From Sphyrna mokarran (lineage: Eukaryota): a stretch of DNA of 64,000 nt. Below are positions 51,219-64,000 of the stretch, piece after piece (within the stretch, counting starts at the first letter, position 1; each line of letters starts with the position of its first letter). Both the position numbers and the translations under genes were made by a program. A model generated the notes under the pieces. That model was not told where the DNA came from and did no database searches. It saw only the letters and a program-made list of their open reading frames with translations. The DNA lies in contig JAGIQG010000040.1 of NCBI GenBank assembly GCA_024679065.1, positions 5,394,001 through 5,458,000 of the forward strand. Direction: 5' to 3'.

Positions 51219-51682
51219 GGTTTTTGTCCGGGGTTCGCTATATCTTTGCACCAGTGTGGGCTTCATGGCACAGAAATACACGGCGCTGTCAGACAGAAGC
51301 GTTCCGGCGGTATTTAAAAGGACCGTTTTGTTTTATTTGTGCAAAACAGCAGAGAATCTATCCTGAGAATTTTCAGATGTGTCTCCCGTGCTATATACCG
51401 TGAAGAAATGTTTCGGAGCTTCCCCGGGAGACTGAATGTACCAGAAGATAGTCACAGCACCAGCTATCGAGTATGTGCAGGACAATGTTATGGTCTGTCC
51501 ATCCCGAACCGTTAATTCAGGGGGATTTTGGGACACTTCATCTTTGCCATTGGTCCCTGCAACAAATTTCAGAACCCATTAAATATCTGGCGGACAACGC
51601 TGGGAACAGACAGTGACTACTTAAATACAAACTCACCGGACATCAAAACCAGCAATATTAGTAAAGAACATCGGGAGAACAT
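51219..51682 (-). pseudogene. TCR V pseudogene (single in-frame TAA; RSS with 24-nt spacer)
   Basis: Leader MFSRCSLLILLVLMS at 51637-51682; exon 51259-51556 ..FSAVLHK*NKTV..DSAVYFCAMKP; CACACTG-24-ACAAAAACC. Confidence 0.88.
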
Positions 51683-52779
51683 GTTTCCTGCTTACGTATT
51701 CCGCAAAATCAGCAGAACTGTAAAATTATTTCAACTCTTGTACTCTGATGTGAAGACGTAATTTTATATCATGGGCAGTCCTCATTTATTGAGAGTCTAA
51801 GAGGCGTTACCCAATGACAGGATTGGCTTGTTGCACAGTGTTATCAAGAATTGGCCACCGAACAACATTGGTTCTAGCCCAATGACTTTATCTGACTGTT
51901 TCTTAGTTCGCTCCTGCCTGTCTTTGTCTGCGCCTCCGGTTCTCCGTTCGCCTCAATGTCCATCCTGCATTCTCAATATTTTGGCCACTAGTGCATGTCC
52001 CTTCTCTCCTTCAACCCCTTTCCAGGAAAGTGTAGAATGTAGACCATGCAATTTCTCTCAGTCTCCCGTTTCAATAAATTCTCCAAGTCCCATTAGGGAA
52101 CAACTGTTGTTAGACAAAATATCATAACGACAAGTCTGAGAAAAGTCTAAAATTGAAACAGGTACACTGAAGTCCGGCAGTCTGTGAGATAAATGTGAGT
52201 TAGGAGCGAAAATTACATCCCTTCGATGTGTGCGGAGAGCTTTATTCAGAATTCGAATCTTATCAGTATTGCTGTGGTTTCAAACTTTGTTACACGAATC
52301 TCGTTTAACAGAAAGGCCTGGGACATTCAAAACAGGTATAGCAATTAATTGATGAGGATTCAAACGATGATCGTATTAATTCCGTGCTTGGGTCCACCTG
52401 AATTTAAGTATATTATAATAAGAATAAGGGACAGAAAGAAGTACAGCAGCGTAATCCTGCAATAAGATCGTTCAGTAATCTGAGAATTCACTGATCTCCC
52501 AAAAAGAGGCCATTGACCTTATATCACTACCAGAGGGAGCTCCCTCATCGTGCTTTTGTGTTTACTGTATCGGGAACGGGTCCCATAATACTTGAAATGT
52601 TAGGGAGACATAATCGAAGATATCAGGACGAATTCCACAAAGAAATGATACAGAGCAGTAGTGTAGGAGAAAACTGCTTTAATTGTTGGGTTGTAAGCTG
52701 AAATATTACAGAGCAGAAATCTAGGCAAACTGGATTAATTCCTGGATTATACGTGACGTGTCCAGAATAGTAATCCAGG

Positions 52780-53310
52780 AGAACTGGATTAATTGATAGA
52801 ATACATTGTAAGATCTTACGAAGCAGATATGGATACTAAATTTGGTGACAACACAAAGATAGGTAGGAAATAAGTGGTGAAGTGGATGTAAGGAGACGAT
52901 AAAGGGAAATAAATAGATTATAATATCTAAATGGTGACAGATCACAACATTCTGAAGTACGGAGGGGAAGGAGCTAATGTGCAGATACTTTAATTAATTA
53001 GAAACATCAGAAGATGTTATCATTTACTACGAGGTAGTCTATTGTATAATATGAAGAATGTGTTTTTGTTGTACAGGGCATTGGTGAAACCACCCCTGGG
53101 GTATTGCGCGCAATACTTAACCCCTTATCTAAAGAAAGATCGTAAGGCGTTAGAAAACGTTTAGAGTAGGATTGCTATTGGGTACATCTACCTGTATAAG
53201 CGGAAAGAATCATGATTTTTGGTTTATATCGATTTGAGTTTCGAAAATTCAGAGATAACATAATTGAAACCTTTAAAACCCTAAGGGGGATATTCACGGT
53301 GTGGATGTGG
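52780..53310 (+). mobile_element. Old CR1 RT fragment
   Basis: Degenerate KFGDNTKIG, LYRALVKPPLGYC motifs. Confidence 0.6.
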
Positions 53311-53649
53311 ATCGAATTGTTCCTCGTGTTCGTATTGTAGCTGTAGTGGATATTTCTGGGTCCTTATATTTCTCGGCATGTAAATACCTGGCCTCTTGGT
53401 TCTCCATCTGTTCGAATGTGGCTGCATTGTACACGGGAGGGCGCTTTTTGATCGCTTACCAAACATCAGAGTGGCCTCCTTCAGAGAACGACTATTTGCA
53501 GATATAAAAACGGGTGGGGCAATAAATCCCAGCCAGTCGCATTACACCTTGCTGATTCTTTCAATTTCTCACATTCCAGGCCCTGTGCAGACAGAGATTA
53601 TCGTGTCTATTCCTGGAGCTCAGATTCGAACGTGGAGGGGGGGGTGAAA

Positions 53650-54154
53650 ATGTTCCAAATTCTGTTTTTTGAACTGATTACCGGTCAGTGATTTTGATCA
53701 CAGATTGAAAAATATATTGCAAACTCCGTTAATTTCCCTCTCCCAACTCTATGTGACAATTGTCTTCCTCTGATTCCGAAGCCACTATACGTCAGCCGCC
53801 TATTTTCAGAGATGAGTAATGGAGATTCAATGTCTCACTCAGGATCAAGAGTTGAAGCAGCAGAGTGGAAATTCGGCAATACCCTGCAGTTACTCTGTGC
53901 CAAGTTCAGTTGCACAGCGTGGCCTGTTCTGGTATCGCCAGTATCCGCATCAGGCTCCTCAGAATCTGCTCAAAGCTGATAGTTACAGGTTTACCGATAC
54001 AGCTCCCAGCTTTGGACCCGTCAGCGGGAATCTTAACCAGACACAAAGAACTTTTCACTTACATGAAAGATTTGAAGATGATAAACAGCGCCGTGTATGA
54101 CTGTGCACTGAGACCCAGAATGAATGAGGCTCCCGCGTGCTTCATGCAAAAACT
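53650..54154 (+). pseudogene. TCR V pseudogene
   Basis: Exon from 53810; LFWYRQYP; frameshifts; SAVYDCALRP; CAGAATG-23-GCAAAAACT. Confidence 0.85.
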
Positions 54155-54539
54155 GCCGCAGTTCGGTAATGGAGACTTCGGGATAAGGAAAAATGAGTCG
54201 GACTTATGAAAATGCGCAGAAAATGAAAAGGACAATACAGCCCTCGGCTGGACGATATTCCCCCGCTGAATTCAGCCATTCCCAATGATGTGAAATGTCA
54301 CATTTGCCGTCGCATTATTCCCGGACCAAACTCAATCATTCCCCAATCCCATCCGCACAAATCTGTAGATTACCCAGATTGACTAACTTCCTTAATCTCT
54401 ACTTAGAAAAATTCTTGATTAGCTGCCTATCTGTCAGCTGACACATTTTAAAAAGTGATCTATTATCAAATGCAACTTCAGAATTGTCCCATTTTAAAGT
54501 CCGTAGAGCAGAAATAATGACTGATCGAAATCAATTTGA

Positions 54540-55010
54540 GGTATGACATTCTTGCTATGCAGGGGTTACAGCGAAGATTTACTATATTGTTTCGTGGGAT
54601 GGCAGGTCTGTCATACGAGGAGAGAATAAATCCGTTAGGATTATATTCACTAGTGTTCCGAAGAGTGAGAGGGGAATCTATAGAAACTTATCAAATTCTG
54701 ATAGGGTTAGACAGGGTACATTTGGAAGAATGCTCCGAATACTAGGGGAGTCCAGAACTAGAGGTCGTCTTTTGAAGATAAAGAGTAAGCTGAGGTGAAG
54801 GAAAATTTCTCACACAGAGAATGGTCAATGTATGGAATTCAACACCATGAATGTAATTGAGGCCAAAATATTGTCTGATTTCAAGAAATTTGAGATAGTG
54901 GTTGGTGAAAAAGGGATCGAGGGATATGGGGGAGAGGGAAGGAGATTGAACACGATGATCATCCACGATCACGATGAATGGCGGAGAAGGATTCTGCTTC
55001 TAGTTTCCAT
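54540..55010 (+). mobile_element. CR1 LINE 3' fragment
   Basis: QRRFT..GLSYEER..LGLYSL..RRVRG..IETYQIL. Confidence 0.8.
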
Positions 55011-55144
55011 GCTATTTGCCCGTGAATACTTCCCAGTGCAGAGTTGGGTGGCTACTTATCCCTGGTATATTTACAGCACTAACTATCAATTACGTTAAGT
55101 AATGGATATCACTTATTAGTATCTATATATTAGGCCGCTGTGAG

Positions 55145-55440
55145 TCATAGAATCCCAACAGAGCAGAATGGGACCATTGGGCTCAGCGAGCCTGTATCTC
55201 CAACAATCATACCCAGACCTACCCTACCCCGTAACTCCACTTTAACATGCTAATTCCCGAACAGTAAAGGGTAATTTTGAACAGCCAATCCAGCATACCT
55301 GCACACCTTAGGACTGTGGAAGGAAACCCAAGCAGATACGGGGAGAAAGCACAAAATCCACAGAGACAGTGACCAGAGGCTGAAACGGAACACGTGTCCC
55401 TCGGGCTGTAAGGCTGCAATGCTAACTACTTTGCCACGCA
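55145..55440 (-). mobile_element. HE1-like SINE
   Basis: Head, core and tail recognisable. Confidence 0.7.
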
Positions 55441-55830
55441 CATATGATCAAATTAAATTCACCTGAATTAGAAAGAAGGACCTACTTTAGTAAAGATTTA
55501 TGGAGTGAGTTCGGAGGAAAGCGAGTTAACCAATCAATGAGACAGAATAACTGATTACGTGGGAAAGAGCAGAGAGAGAGAAAGCAAGGAAGTTAGGAAT
55601 ACGTCTACAGTCAGGGAAAGAGTGTGACTGGAAAGATGCAGCTATATTAAATCATTAACTAACAGCGATTGGACGTCAGCTCAAGGAAGCTAGCCAATCG
55701 CAGCCCTGAGAGTCTTCCCCCAATTTCCCAATAATTGAAGCTGCTCTGATCTGAGTTCACTCTGTGATACAAGACTAGAAGCAGCAACATATTTTAAACA
55801 GTGTCGCCATTTACTGCCCAATCGGGAACC

Positions 55831-56269
55831 ATGTACCCTCTGTGTGCTTTACTGATAATAATGGTCATTCTACACGGTAAGCCTGAGCTCAAACCCTCAG
55901 TGTGTGTTTTATGGGTAATATTCACTCACAGATTTCTGACACGTTCTCACCTGTTGTTACAGGAACCATTGGCCAAGATTCAGTTTCCCAGGATGCGACT
56001 GAGTTCAGGGTTCAGGAAGGATTGGACGTAATACTGAATTGTAATTACACAGCAAAAGATGCTTGGCCAAATCTTTTCTGGTACGTCCAGTATCCTGGGA
56101 AAGCTCCGAGATATTTACTGAAGAAGTATAGCACTGGGGACGGAAAAAGGTCTCCAGATTTCCCTGACCGGTTTTCTGCTGATTTGGACAAGGGCAAAAA
56201 AATAGTTCCTTTAAATGACATTGGAGTCCATGTCTCTGAGTCTGCCGTGTATTACTGCGTGCTGAATCC
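55831..56269 (+). CDS. TRAV: TCR alpha/delta V segment, open (leader 55831-55876; V exon 55963-56269); RSS heptamer has a 1-nt deletion
   Basis: Leader MYPLCALLIIMVILH; V ..LNCNY..LFWYVQYP..ESAVYYCVLNP; RSS CACATGT-22-ACAAAAACC (56270-56307). Confidence 0.85.
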
Positions 56270-56874
56270 CACATGTTACAGAGACACATCCAGCCCTTAC
56301 AAAAACCAGCTAAGGAATTCTCACCTCCTCTCACTGAATCAGATCTGTGACCTGGATTGTGAACTGTTAGTATAAACAAAAGTATAAAGAAGTGATAGCC
56401 CGAATGCCCTCTTTCTATGGTTCTAAATGCGTCATTCTTTGTAAGTTCCACTTTTACAGCAGTTTGGAGCAACTCTTGAAATGGAAAAATCTCTCGGTGT
56501 TATTGCAACATTAACCAAGATCTACCTGTTTGCTATCTCAAAGATTTGCTCCCGAAAATGGCTACATTCGTTCCCATAACCTCAATGAGATACAACTATT
56601 CGGTCGTTCAGCTTCTTCAAGTTCGATTCATTGTTCTGACAACATATTCAAATGGTTTCTGCTCCTCGCTCTGAAGTCATCCATTGAAGAACAAAGACAC
56701 TCTGAGCTGATTGGATGAAATGAAGGACAAAGGAGCTCTGAGCTGATTGGGAGCCTCCTGCTGGCGCTGTCGGGAATGAACCAATCGCCAGTGAGGATCG
56801 ATATTACTCTTCTGAACCCTGAACTAAAACAGTTTTCATTCACTGAGTTCAGATCCAACACCACGTCTGCGAGA

Positions 56875-57420
56875 ATGCTGTCTGTTAGCTTTTGCATACT
56901 CATCGCAGTTGCAATTCTCTTTACTGCTAACTTCCCAAGCAGCACAATCATCAGCATACTCGTGATGCTGATATAAATATCTTACCTTTTAATTTTTCCC
57001 TCTATTTGTAATATATTCAATTATCCTGATCACATTTTTCCAACAACGTGATGATAAATAGTTAAATTTGTATTCCATTCTTTTATAGGTGTGAGTGGCG
57101 CAGATTCTGTCCCCAAGGGTGCAGTTACATCGGTGAGGGAGAATCGATATCCATTGATTTCAGCGATTCCACCACAGATAGGCATATTTTTCACAGCTAT
57201 ACAACGAGAACCAGCATAAAACCCCCAAATTTTTGATCTCCATCTATAAGTATGGACATGGTTGTAGAGCAGAAGGCGCAGGATGACGTTTTTCTGCATC
57301 TAGGAATACTTCGAAAATTGACGGAAATGTTACCTTTTGTGAGCTGTCTGGCACCGCTGTGTAATACCGCGGACCAAGAGGCATGGTGACAGGAACCAGT
57401 AGAATCCTTATGCAAAAACA
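56875..57420 (+). pseudogene. TCR V pseudogene
   Basis: Leader MLSVSFCILIAVAILFT with mutated donor; decayed exon; nonamer GCAAAAACA; paralog of 16172-16660. Confidence 0.75.
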
Positions 57421-57661
57421 CTGCTCTGCAGTGACAAAGGGAAGAAGCAACGAGCTTAAGGACAGTTTAAATGATGCCGTCCCTTCAGTGCAGCTCGTTG
57501 TGTTTCTGAAGTGAGTTGATTTCTGTTTGTTACGCAGTTCAGGCTTACCTGATTCAGAGAAGAATCGGGCTCAATTCCCCCAATGACTTTTCCCAACTCC
57601 GTTGCTTTAAACGAATTTCAGTAACATTATCATTAAATAACATGATTGCTTTGCATCCCGT

Positions 57662-57743
57662 GATAGTGTGGTCGAGCGGTCTAAGGCGCTGGATTAAGGT
57701 TCCAGTCTCTGTGGAGGCATAGGTTCGAATCACATCGCTGTTT
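57662..57743 (+). tRNA. tRNA-Leu(AAG), probably a pseudogene
   Basis: GTGTGGTCGAGCGGTCTAAGGCGCTGGATTAAGGTTCCAGTCTC..GGTTCGAATC; long variable arm; T-stem mismatches. Confidence 0.8.
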
Positions 57744-58158
57744 AAGTGGGTTTTAGCTTTGGTCCTCACTGCTATAGTCGAACAGCTCAGATTGAGTGTG
57801 TGCAATGTCGTTTTCGCCATGTGATTATTCTGTGAAATGTACGTCATTTCCTCTGGTTCATTTACAGTATCACTTGTATCTGCACACACAACTATTAGAC
57901 ATTTCAGATGTTGATTAGCCATATTAGTCTGTATCTCCAAACCCATTAAATTCTGTTGGAGACTGGACGAGATGCGAATATCTGCTGGGTGTGAAAATCG
58001 TACGTTCCTGTCAGTGCGTCAAAAAAGCGTTTCTGATTTCACAGGAAGTATTTGAGGGTGGTGTCAGAGCAATGATAACACGTCTTTAACATCGTTTGTT
58101 CGGCAACAAACGAAAACCAAGCAATTTTCCCTTGCCCGACATGAAAAAGCTTAATGAA

Positions 58159-58231
58159 TGTTTCTGCCCGGTTTTGAACCAGGGACTTTTCGCGTGTTAG
58201 GCGAACGTGATAATCACTACACCACAGAAAC
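58159..58231 (-). tRNA. tRNA-Val-AAC: tRNA-Val(AAC), variant
   Basis: GTTTCTGTGGTGTAGTGATTATCACGTTCGCCTAACACGCGAAAAGTCCCTGGTTCAAAACCGGGCAGAAACA; D-loop GG>GA. Confidence 0.82.
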
Positions 58232-59284
58232 AGCTTAAAGCATAGTGGAGCAAATTTGCCTGTCTACGCTGTGTTGCTTCAGGTTCCGATGGTTAGACTG
58301 ACAGCCCATGTCACATAAGTCAGGACGAAATCCGTTGTTTTCAATCTGATTGTACGACTTATCCCGAACATCAATTTTTAAAAGCGTTCGTCTGGCCAAT
58401 GGTGAAGGGAGCAATCATTTCTGCCCATTCATTAATACCTCATTTTCATCTTTCTTCGAAAATGCTGCAAAATCTCACAATGTCTGACAGCACCTGTAAG
58501 GAGTGAAAAGGCGGATGTTTCGACTCCAGATGATACTTTATCAAAGCTCATTGTGCAATTAACTCAGTATTTGTTTTCAATATTTAGTATCAATGCATTA
58601 TTTAACACATATGCCTTCATTACGAATTGAATATCTCTGAAATTGAACATCACTGAACTGAAAACATAACTGACCAACAGAACGAATCGAATCACCGGGA
58701 AATACAAATCACAATTTTGAGATTGAATGTCGTCAGCTTTTACACAAAGTCAACTACATATAAATGGAGGAAAATCAAGAATTATCTATTTATCATGCTT
58801 GAGTCTTTTTTTTAATTATGGGCGCAAAAATTCCGGCCCTTAACAGGAAAATCCAGTAGACCCGCACTAAGCGTCGACTCCCTCATCTGTCTCGATGGCT
58901 TTCCTGTTTCTTAGTGATGAAAAACGATTTTTAAAAAATTCTTCTGTGAAATGTGCGCTATTTCCTCTAGTTCATTTACAGTATCACTTATACCTGTCTC
59001 TTTGAGCATACTCAAAGGTGTTTCAGACACGGATTAACTATATTACTCTGCACCTATAAACCCATTAAATTCTAATGAAGACTGAACAAGATGCGAATAA
59101 ATGCTCGGTATCAAAATCGAACTTTCTGTCTGTGCGTCAAAAAACCTTTCTGATGTCAAAGAAAGTGTTTCAGTGTGATGTCAGAGCAATGATAACATGC
59201 CTTTAACGTCGAGGTTCGGATAATGTTGAACAACAAACTGAAATCGAGCAATTTTTCTTACCCCACCTGAGGAAGATTAATGCA

Positions 59285-59335
59285 TGCTTCTACCCAGGGA
59301 ACCTTTTGCATATTAGACGAATGTGATAACCAGCA
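59285..59335 (-). pseudogene. tRNA-Val remnant in a tandem duplicate
   Basis: Lies in 58940-59580, a copy of 57825-58460; internally deleted. Confidence 0.6.
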
Positions 59336-59748
59336 ACAACTGGAAGGACAACAGTGCAAATCTTCCTGTCTGCGATGTTCAAATACGCCGTGTTGCTGCA
59401 GGTTCCGATGATTAGGCTGAGAGCCCATGTCACTTAATTCAGGAAAATAATCGTTGCTTTCAATCTGATTGTAAGACTTAACCAGAACATCAAAATTTAG
59501 AAGTATTCGTCTCGCAAATATCTAAGGGAGCAATCATTTCTGTCCATTCATTAGTGCATCATTTTCATCTTCCTTCGAATAATCATCAGCATTTTGTGTC
59601 ATCAGCGCTTTGTAGCCGACCACTCTCTTTTTTTGTTGTTCTTTACATGTGACATTTCCAATTTAGACCCAAAAGTGGAAACCTCCCTAATACTGATTCC
59701 GACAGAACTGGAAGTAACGCAGGATTTTTGTACAGCAATAAATCCACA

Positions 59749-59821
59749 TTCCCTGACCGGGAAATGAACCAGGGCCGCGGCGGTGAAAGCGCCGAAATCC
59801 TAACCACTAGACTACCAGGGA
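59749..59821 (-). tRNA. tRNA-Glu(TTC), variant or possible pseudogene
   Basis: TCCCTGGTAGTCTAGTGGTTAGGATTTCGGCGCTTTCACCGCCGCGGCCCTGGTTCATTTCCCGGTCAGGGAA; 1-nt insertion, altered T loop. Confidence 0.8.
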
Positions 59822-61200
59822 AGCTGATATGAGTTTTATAAAGTATTAATTTATCCATGAACCGCCTGCCTTTCATTTTATTTCGGACTTTTTACTCACC
59901 AAATGCCAGTTCATCCTTTAAATTGTCATGATTATATCACACACAAGTGACTGCTTCAGCCAATGAAAGCAATGAATCCTCTTAGCTGGGAGATGAAATC
60001 GGCAGTGAGGTGAAATAGTCCCGCAAATGCGTTCAATTTCCAAATCCCACCAACCTCATCACTGTGCCTTTTGTGAAACTTCCAAGGTAACAAACAGCAG
60101 GCATTCATCACGGAGCGCAACTGGCGCAAGTCATTCAGCAAACGCTATCATGACGCTTCTCTTCCTATTTCAGTCGCTGCCTCTCATCCAGCTCCCTTTA
60201 GTTGTCCAGCTCCAATGTTGAATTAGCTGGTTGGTACAGAAACAGACAGTTGGTAAACCCGAGCTTCACCTGGAAAGCAGGGAAAGCGAATTTATGACAC
60301 AGGGCATTGAGAGGAGATGGAGTTTAGAGATGACAGTACAAAGAGACACAGATATTCCATCTTCCTGATCCAATTACTGATTGCAGGAATGTGCATGGTG
60401 TGAATTATCCACTGTCCCGCTCTTCTTCCAGCCTTGAGTTTGGAGTTAAGGTTTGAAGTGTTTGAAGTCTTGCTACAGTAATTCAGGGTTTTGTGGAGAC
60501 CATATTTGCGCGCTGTTTGGATCTCCGTATTTCAGACAAAATAAAAGCAAAATCTGAGGATGCTGGAATCTGAATCAAAAACAGAAAATGCTGAAAAATT
60601 TCAAGTTTTAACGAGAATGAATAGATAGTATCGAAAAGCTGAGATTATGTTCCCTGATCTGGGAATCTAAAACAAGGGAGCACAATCTCAGGGTAAGGCG
60701 CTGATGATTTAGGACTGCGGTGAGGAGAAATTACTTCACTCAAAGTGTTGTGAATATTCGGAATTCTCTAGCCAGAGGGTTGTAGATGCCCCATCATTGA
60801 ATACATTTCAGTCTGGGAAAGACAGATTTACGATCGATCCAGAAATGAATAGAACATAGAACACTACAGCACAAACAAGCCCTTCAGCCCACAAGTTGCG
60901 CCGATCACATCTATACGTACCATAGGAGAATAGAAGAAGGGATATGGAATTGGAACAAATACTCCGATACAAATTCATGTTTCGATTGTAATTGTTAAGA
61001 GCAATGATGTAATGGAAGCATCTATGTAACGTTATATGCAATATGTTTGAAATCAACAGTCATTACATAACGTTAGAAACACAGCTAACATTACAGTCCG
61101 CAATATTTGAGAGCCATGTTTTTATTGAGGCCCATGGACCCATTTCCTAAACGCAGCTGTTTGCCAACGAACGTTGGTGGTGAGAAAATTGTTGAAGTTC

Positions 61201-61272
61201 CGTCCCTGGATGGTCTTAAACCACCAACCCTTCAGTTAATAGCCGAACGCGCTGACCAATTGCGCCACAGAC
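61201..61272 (-). pseudogene. tRNA-Asn pseudogene
   Basis: Paralog of 30589-30662 with anticodon and B-box changes. Confidence 0.8.
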
Positions 61273-62190
61273 ACTATAGCTGTAGCTGCAAACGATATTC
61301 TAAACTATGGTATCAGAGACCACAATCCTTGTTCTTCAAAACCTGATCCAGAACTACAGTATGACCGCACAGTTTTCAATTCTACGCATGTCTCTTTGGT
61401 TACGTTGATCCCGCAGCATTGCTGTGGTGTGTTGCGTATTTCCTTTCTCCCATGGATGTGCAGGTTAAATGAATCCATATGTCTTATCACAAAAAAGGAA
61501 TACAATGGAAGGGAAGGGAACTGACAATCCATAGCCCAACGATCAAATACCTTCCACTTAATCATCAATAACATCATTCACATTTGCACCTCCATCCAAA
61601 TATTGTGATCCATTTTTCCTCAGGATTTGTTCCAAGATTCAATATCCCCTTGTTTTCTTCTCATTTTGAAATGAGATACGCTTCAATATACAACGGAAAT
61701 TGAATTGCAAACCTGAGGGCTAACCGTAGGAAATAATTGACTCGGTAACACAAATCCCACGTGGATCATTCCCAGATTAATTGCACTCAGTTTTTCAATC
61801 AAATAGAGGAATTTATCACTTAAAAACTTTGGAATGTTGGTGTGAATTTTGTTGTGACTCACTCTGGTATTGTGCTGCTCGAAGGCTGAGTAAGCGGGGT
61901 GCAATCTATCATCTCTTTGATGTGCCTCTGCTCCACGTATTGTGAGGTTTGACCTGGGTTGGAATATCTTGTATCCAGCGATCGGCAAAAAACCCGCTGA
62001 TTGAAGCTGCAGACGCCGTTTCTGCTGGCAGTGATTGGTAAGATCCTGCTGCCCGTCCCAGTCATTATCTCACTTATTGTGGAGCCGGCGAAGACAGTGT
62101 CAGTGATGGGTTTGTTTCCCCTTCGAATGACTGTTTTTAACGGAACTGCAGAAGCCTTTAATAATCTGACACCAATTATTGGGCAGCAGA

Positions 62191-62326
62191 GCTCCAGTGA
62201 CGCAATCGCTTAACGCGTGATACTTGCACAGCAGTGCAACCAGTGACTGCAATTGGCCATTAGCTGCACGGCTGTATAAGTACTACCCGTTATGCTGAGG
62301 TTGTGATTCGGACCTCACCTGAAGCA
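62191..62326 (+). pseudogene. tRNA-Ile(TAT) pseudogene with inverted-duplication-expanded intron
   Basis: Paralog of 31572-31666; 62221-62282 is an imperfect palindrome. Confidence 0.8.
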
Positions 62327-62791
62327 AAACATTTACGTGGGGTCCTAGTGGTATTATTGTTCGATTGCTCATATTCTGGGGATGCGCCTTGGCAGATAGC
62401 GGAATTTGAATTTAGTTAAATAAAATCTGGAATTAAGAATCCACTGACGACTGTGAAACTCTTTTCGATTATTGAAAAAGCTTGTAGGATTCAATAATGT
62501 ATTTTAAAAAGAAAATCTGCCGTTCTTAACCTAATCTGGCCGACATGTCATTCCAGGGCTACGGTAATGTCTCTCCGCTTATGGGATGAATTGGAGATAA
62601 AGGAGCTATGAATTATTGGTTGAGTTGACGAACAAAGGAGGTTGAAGACGATTGGATGTCATCTGATGACGTTTTCAGAAGTGAACCAATCCACAGGGGC
62701 CTGGATATGACTCAACCTCTTTCAACTCTTGACGAAAACAATTTCATCTTCCACCCGCTCTGGTCAAATCTGCCGCGAGCTGTCTGCAAAC

Positions 62792-63689
62792 ATGTCTCCT
62801 CGTATTCAGCAGTTATTACTCATAACGGCAGCTCTGTTATCCGATAATTTCACAAGTTGCTCAAGTTTGTGTTACATTTCATTACCAGACCCTATATTCT
62901 GTCAGGCAGTTCAATGCAATGGGGGCGGGGTCAGTGATAAGGGAATTAATTGATCGCAACATCGCAAATTTATCTGGATTTCGCTGGTCTCATCACTGAA
63001 CAATGGGCAAATTTCGCCGGAGGATTGATGGAAAATGAGTTGGGCTCAGATTCCAGCTCTTCTGATACCAGTCAACTATTTTGGCAAGCATCAAATTTCA
63101 AACGGACCATGAGCAGTTTCCAGTTACAGGCACTGAAATCGAGGAACTGATCCGCTTAGAAAGAACAATGTTTATCATGCAAGTTTTATTTAATCCCCAC
63201 AAAACTTGCCAATCCAGCCACTGAACTGTGAAAAATATGTTTCTGTTTTGCTGTCTGATTTCTCTTTCAGATTATTTCTTTCTGATAACCGGTCAATTCT
63301 TGGGGAAACGGAGTGAAATCACAATGTGTAATTTAATATTTCTTTGAACATTCCCGAGGCGATTCATTTTCACAGACAGCGACTGCCGTCACCACCACTG
63401 AAGGAGATGATGTTAGGTTGCCCTGTAATTACTCAAGTACAAGCAATAACCTTTATCTATTCTGGTACGCTCAGTATCCCAACGGATCCATGGAGCATCT
63501 TCTGCACACAAATAAATACACTGAGAACATAGGCAGATTCAAAGGGGACCGTTTTTCAGTGGGGCTCAATGATACAACTCGCACGGTCCCGTTGAAATTG
63601 TCTAAAACAGAGCTGACAGACTCCGGGGTGTATTACTGCGCACTGAGACCCACAGAGACACACAGCTGGGCTAAACCTGTACAAAAACT
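62792..63689 (+). pseudogene. TCR V segment (family of 10544): open V frame and intact 23-RSS (63651-63689), but leader donor and exon acceptor lost
   Basis: Leader MSPRIQQLLLITAALLS followed by ataatt; GDSFSQT..LPCNY..YLFWYAQYP..DSGVYYCALRP; CACAGAG-23-ACAAAAACT. Confidence 0.82.
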
Positions 63690-63884
63690 ATCACAGCCTC
63701 GCTCAACATGGCAGAGCGTTAGGCAAGCATTGTGATCAGAGTGAGTCTGACGTGGAACCTGAAAACGTATTGGTATCTCAAACTATATATTTATTAGAAA
63801 AAAAATAATAATATTTATATATATAATTAATATATATATATACTAGAAAAAATAATATTTTATTTTATAAGTAAAATATAGATA

Positions 63885-64000
63885 AGTTACAGAGCTGGGC
63901 CGAGAAGTGGCAAATGGAATTTAAGTGGAAAAGTGTGAGGTGATTCACTTTGGTAAGAGTAATATGTGTACAGAATATAGGGCTAATGGTAGGACTCTTA
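63885..64000 (+). mobile_element. CR1 RT fragment (runs off the window)
   Basis: WAEKWQMEF..KCEVIHFG motif. Confidence 0.75.

Noticed and set aside
54155-54200. FGNG motif resembling a J segment just after a V RSS
   Set aside because: No 12-RSS in J orientation, no TxLxV continuation and no splice donor; likely chance

Overview
Vertebrate genomic DNA, almost certainly from a cartilaginous fish (shark): it carries HE1-type SINEs, CR1 LINEs and Penelope-like elements. The window is part of a T-cell receptor alpha/delta-type variable (V) gene array. About 22 V segments or fragments lie on both strands, and each complete one ends in a 23-bp-spacer recombination signal sequence (RSS). About 7 look potentially functional (10544+, 15432+, 17706-, 27662-, 35540+, 48345-, 55831+). 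Three have open V exons and RSSs but defective leaders or splice sites, and the rest are pseudogenes. No D, J or C segments were found. The array is interleaved with a repeatedly duplicated tRNA module (Gln, Lys, Glu, Asn, intron-containing Ile, Leu, Val; about 16 genes or pseudogenes) and a C2H2 zinc-finger pseudogene. Other notable features: an intronless leader-V gene, CTCF-like motifs just downstream of one V family's RSS, CRE+CCAAT V promoters, large inverted segmental duplications, a near full-length CR1 LINE with a SINE core in its 3' UTR, and minimal hammerhead-ribozyme motifs in Penelope-like termini. Coordinates were read by eye; repeat and pseudogene boundaries are approximate.
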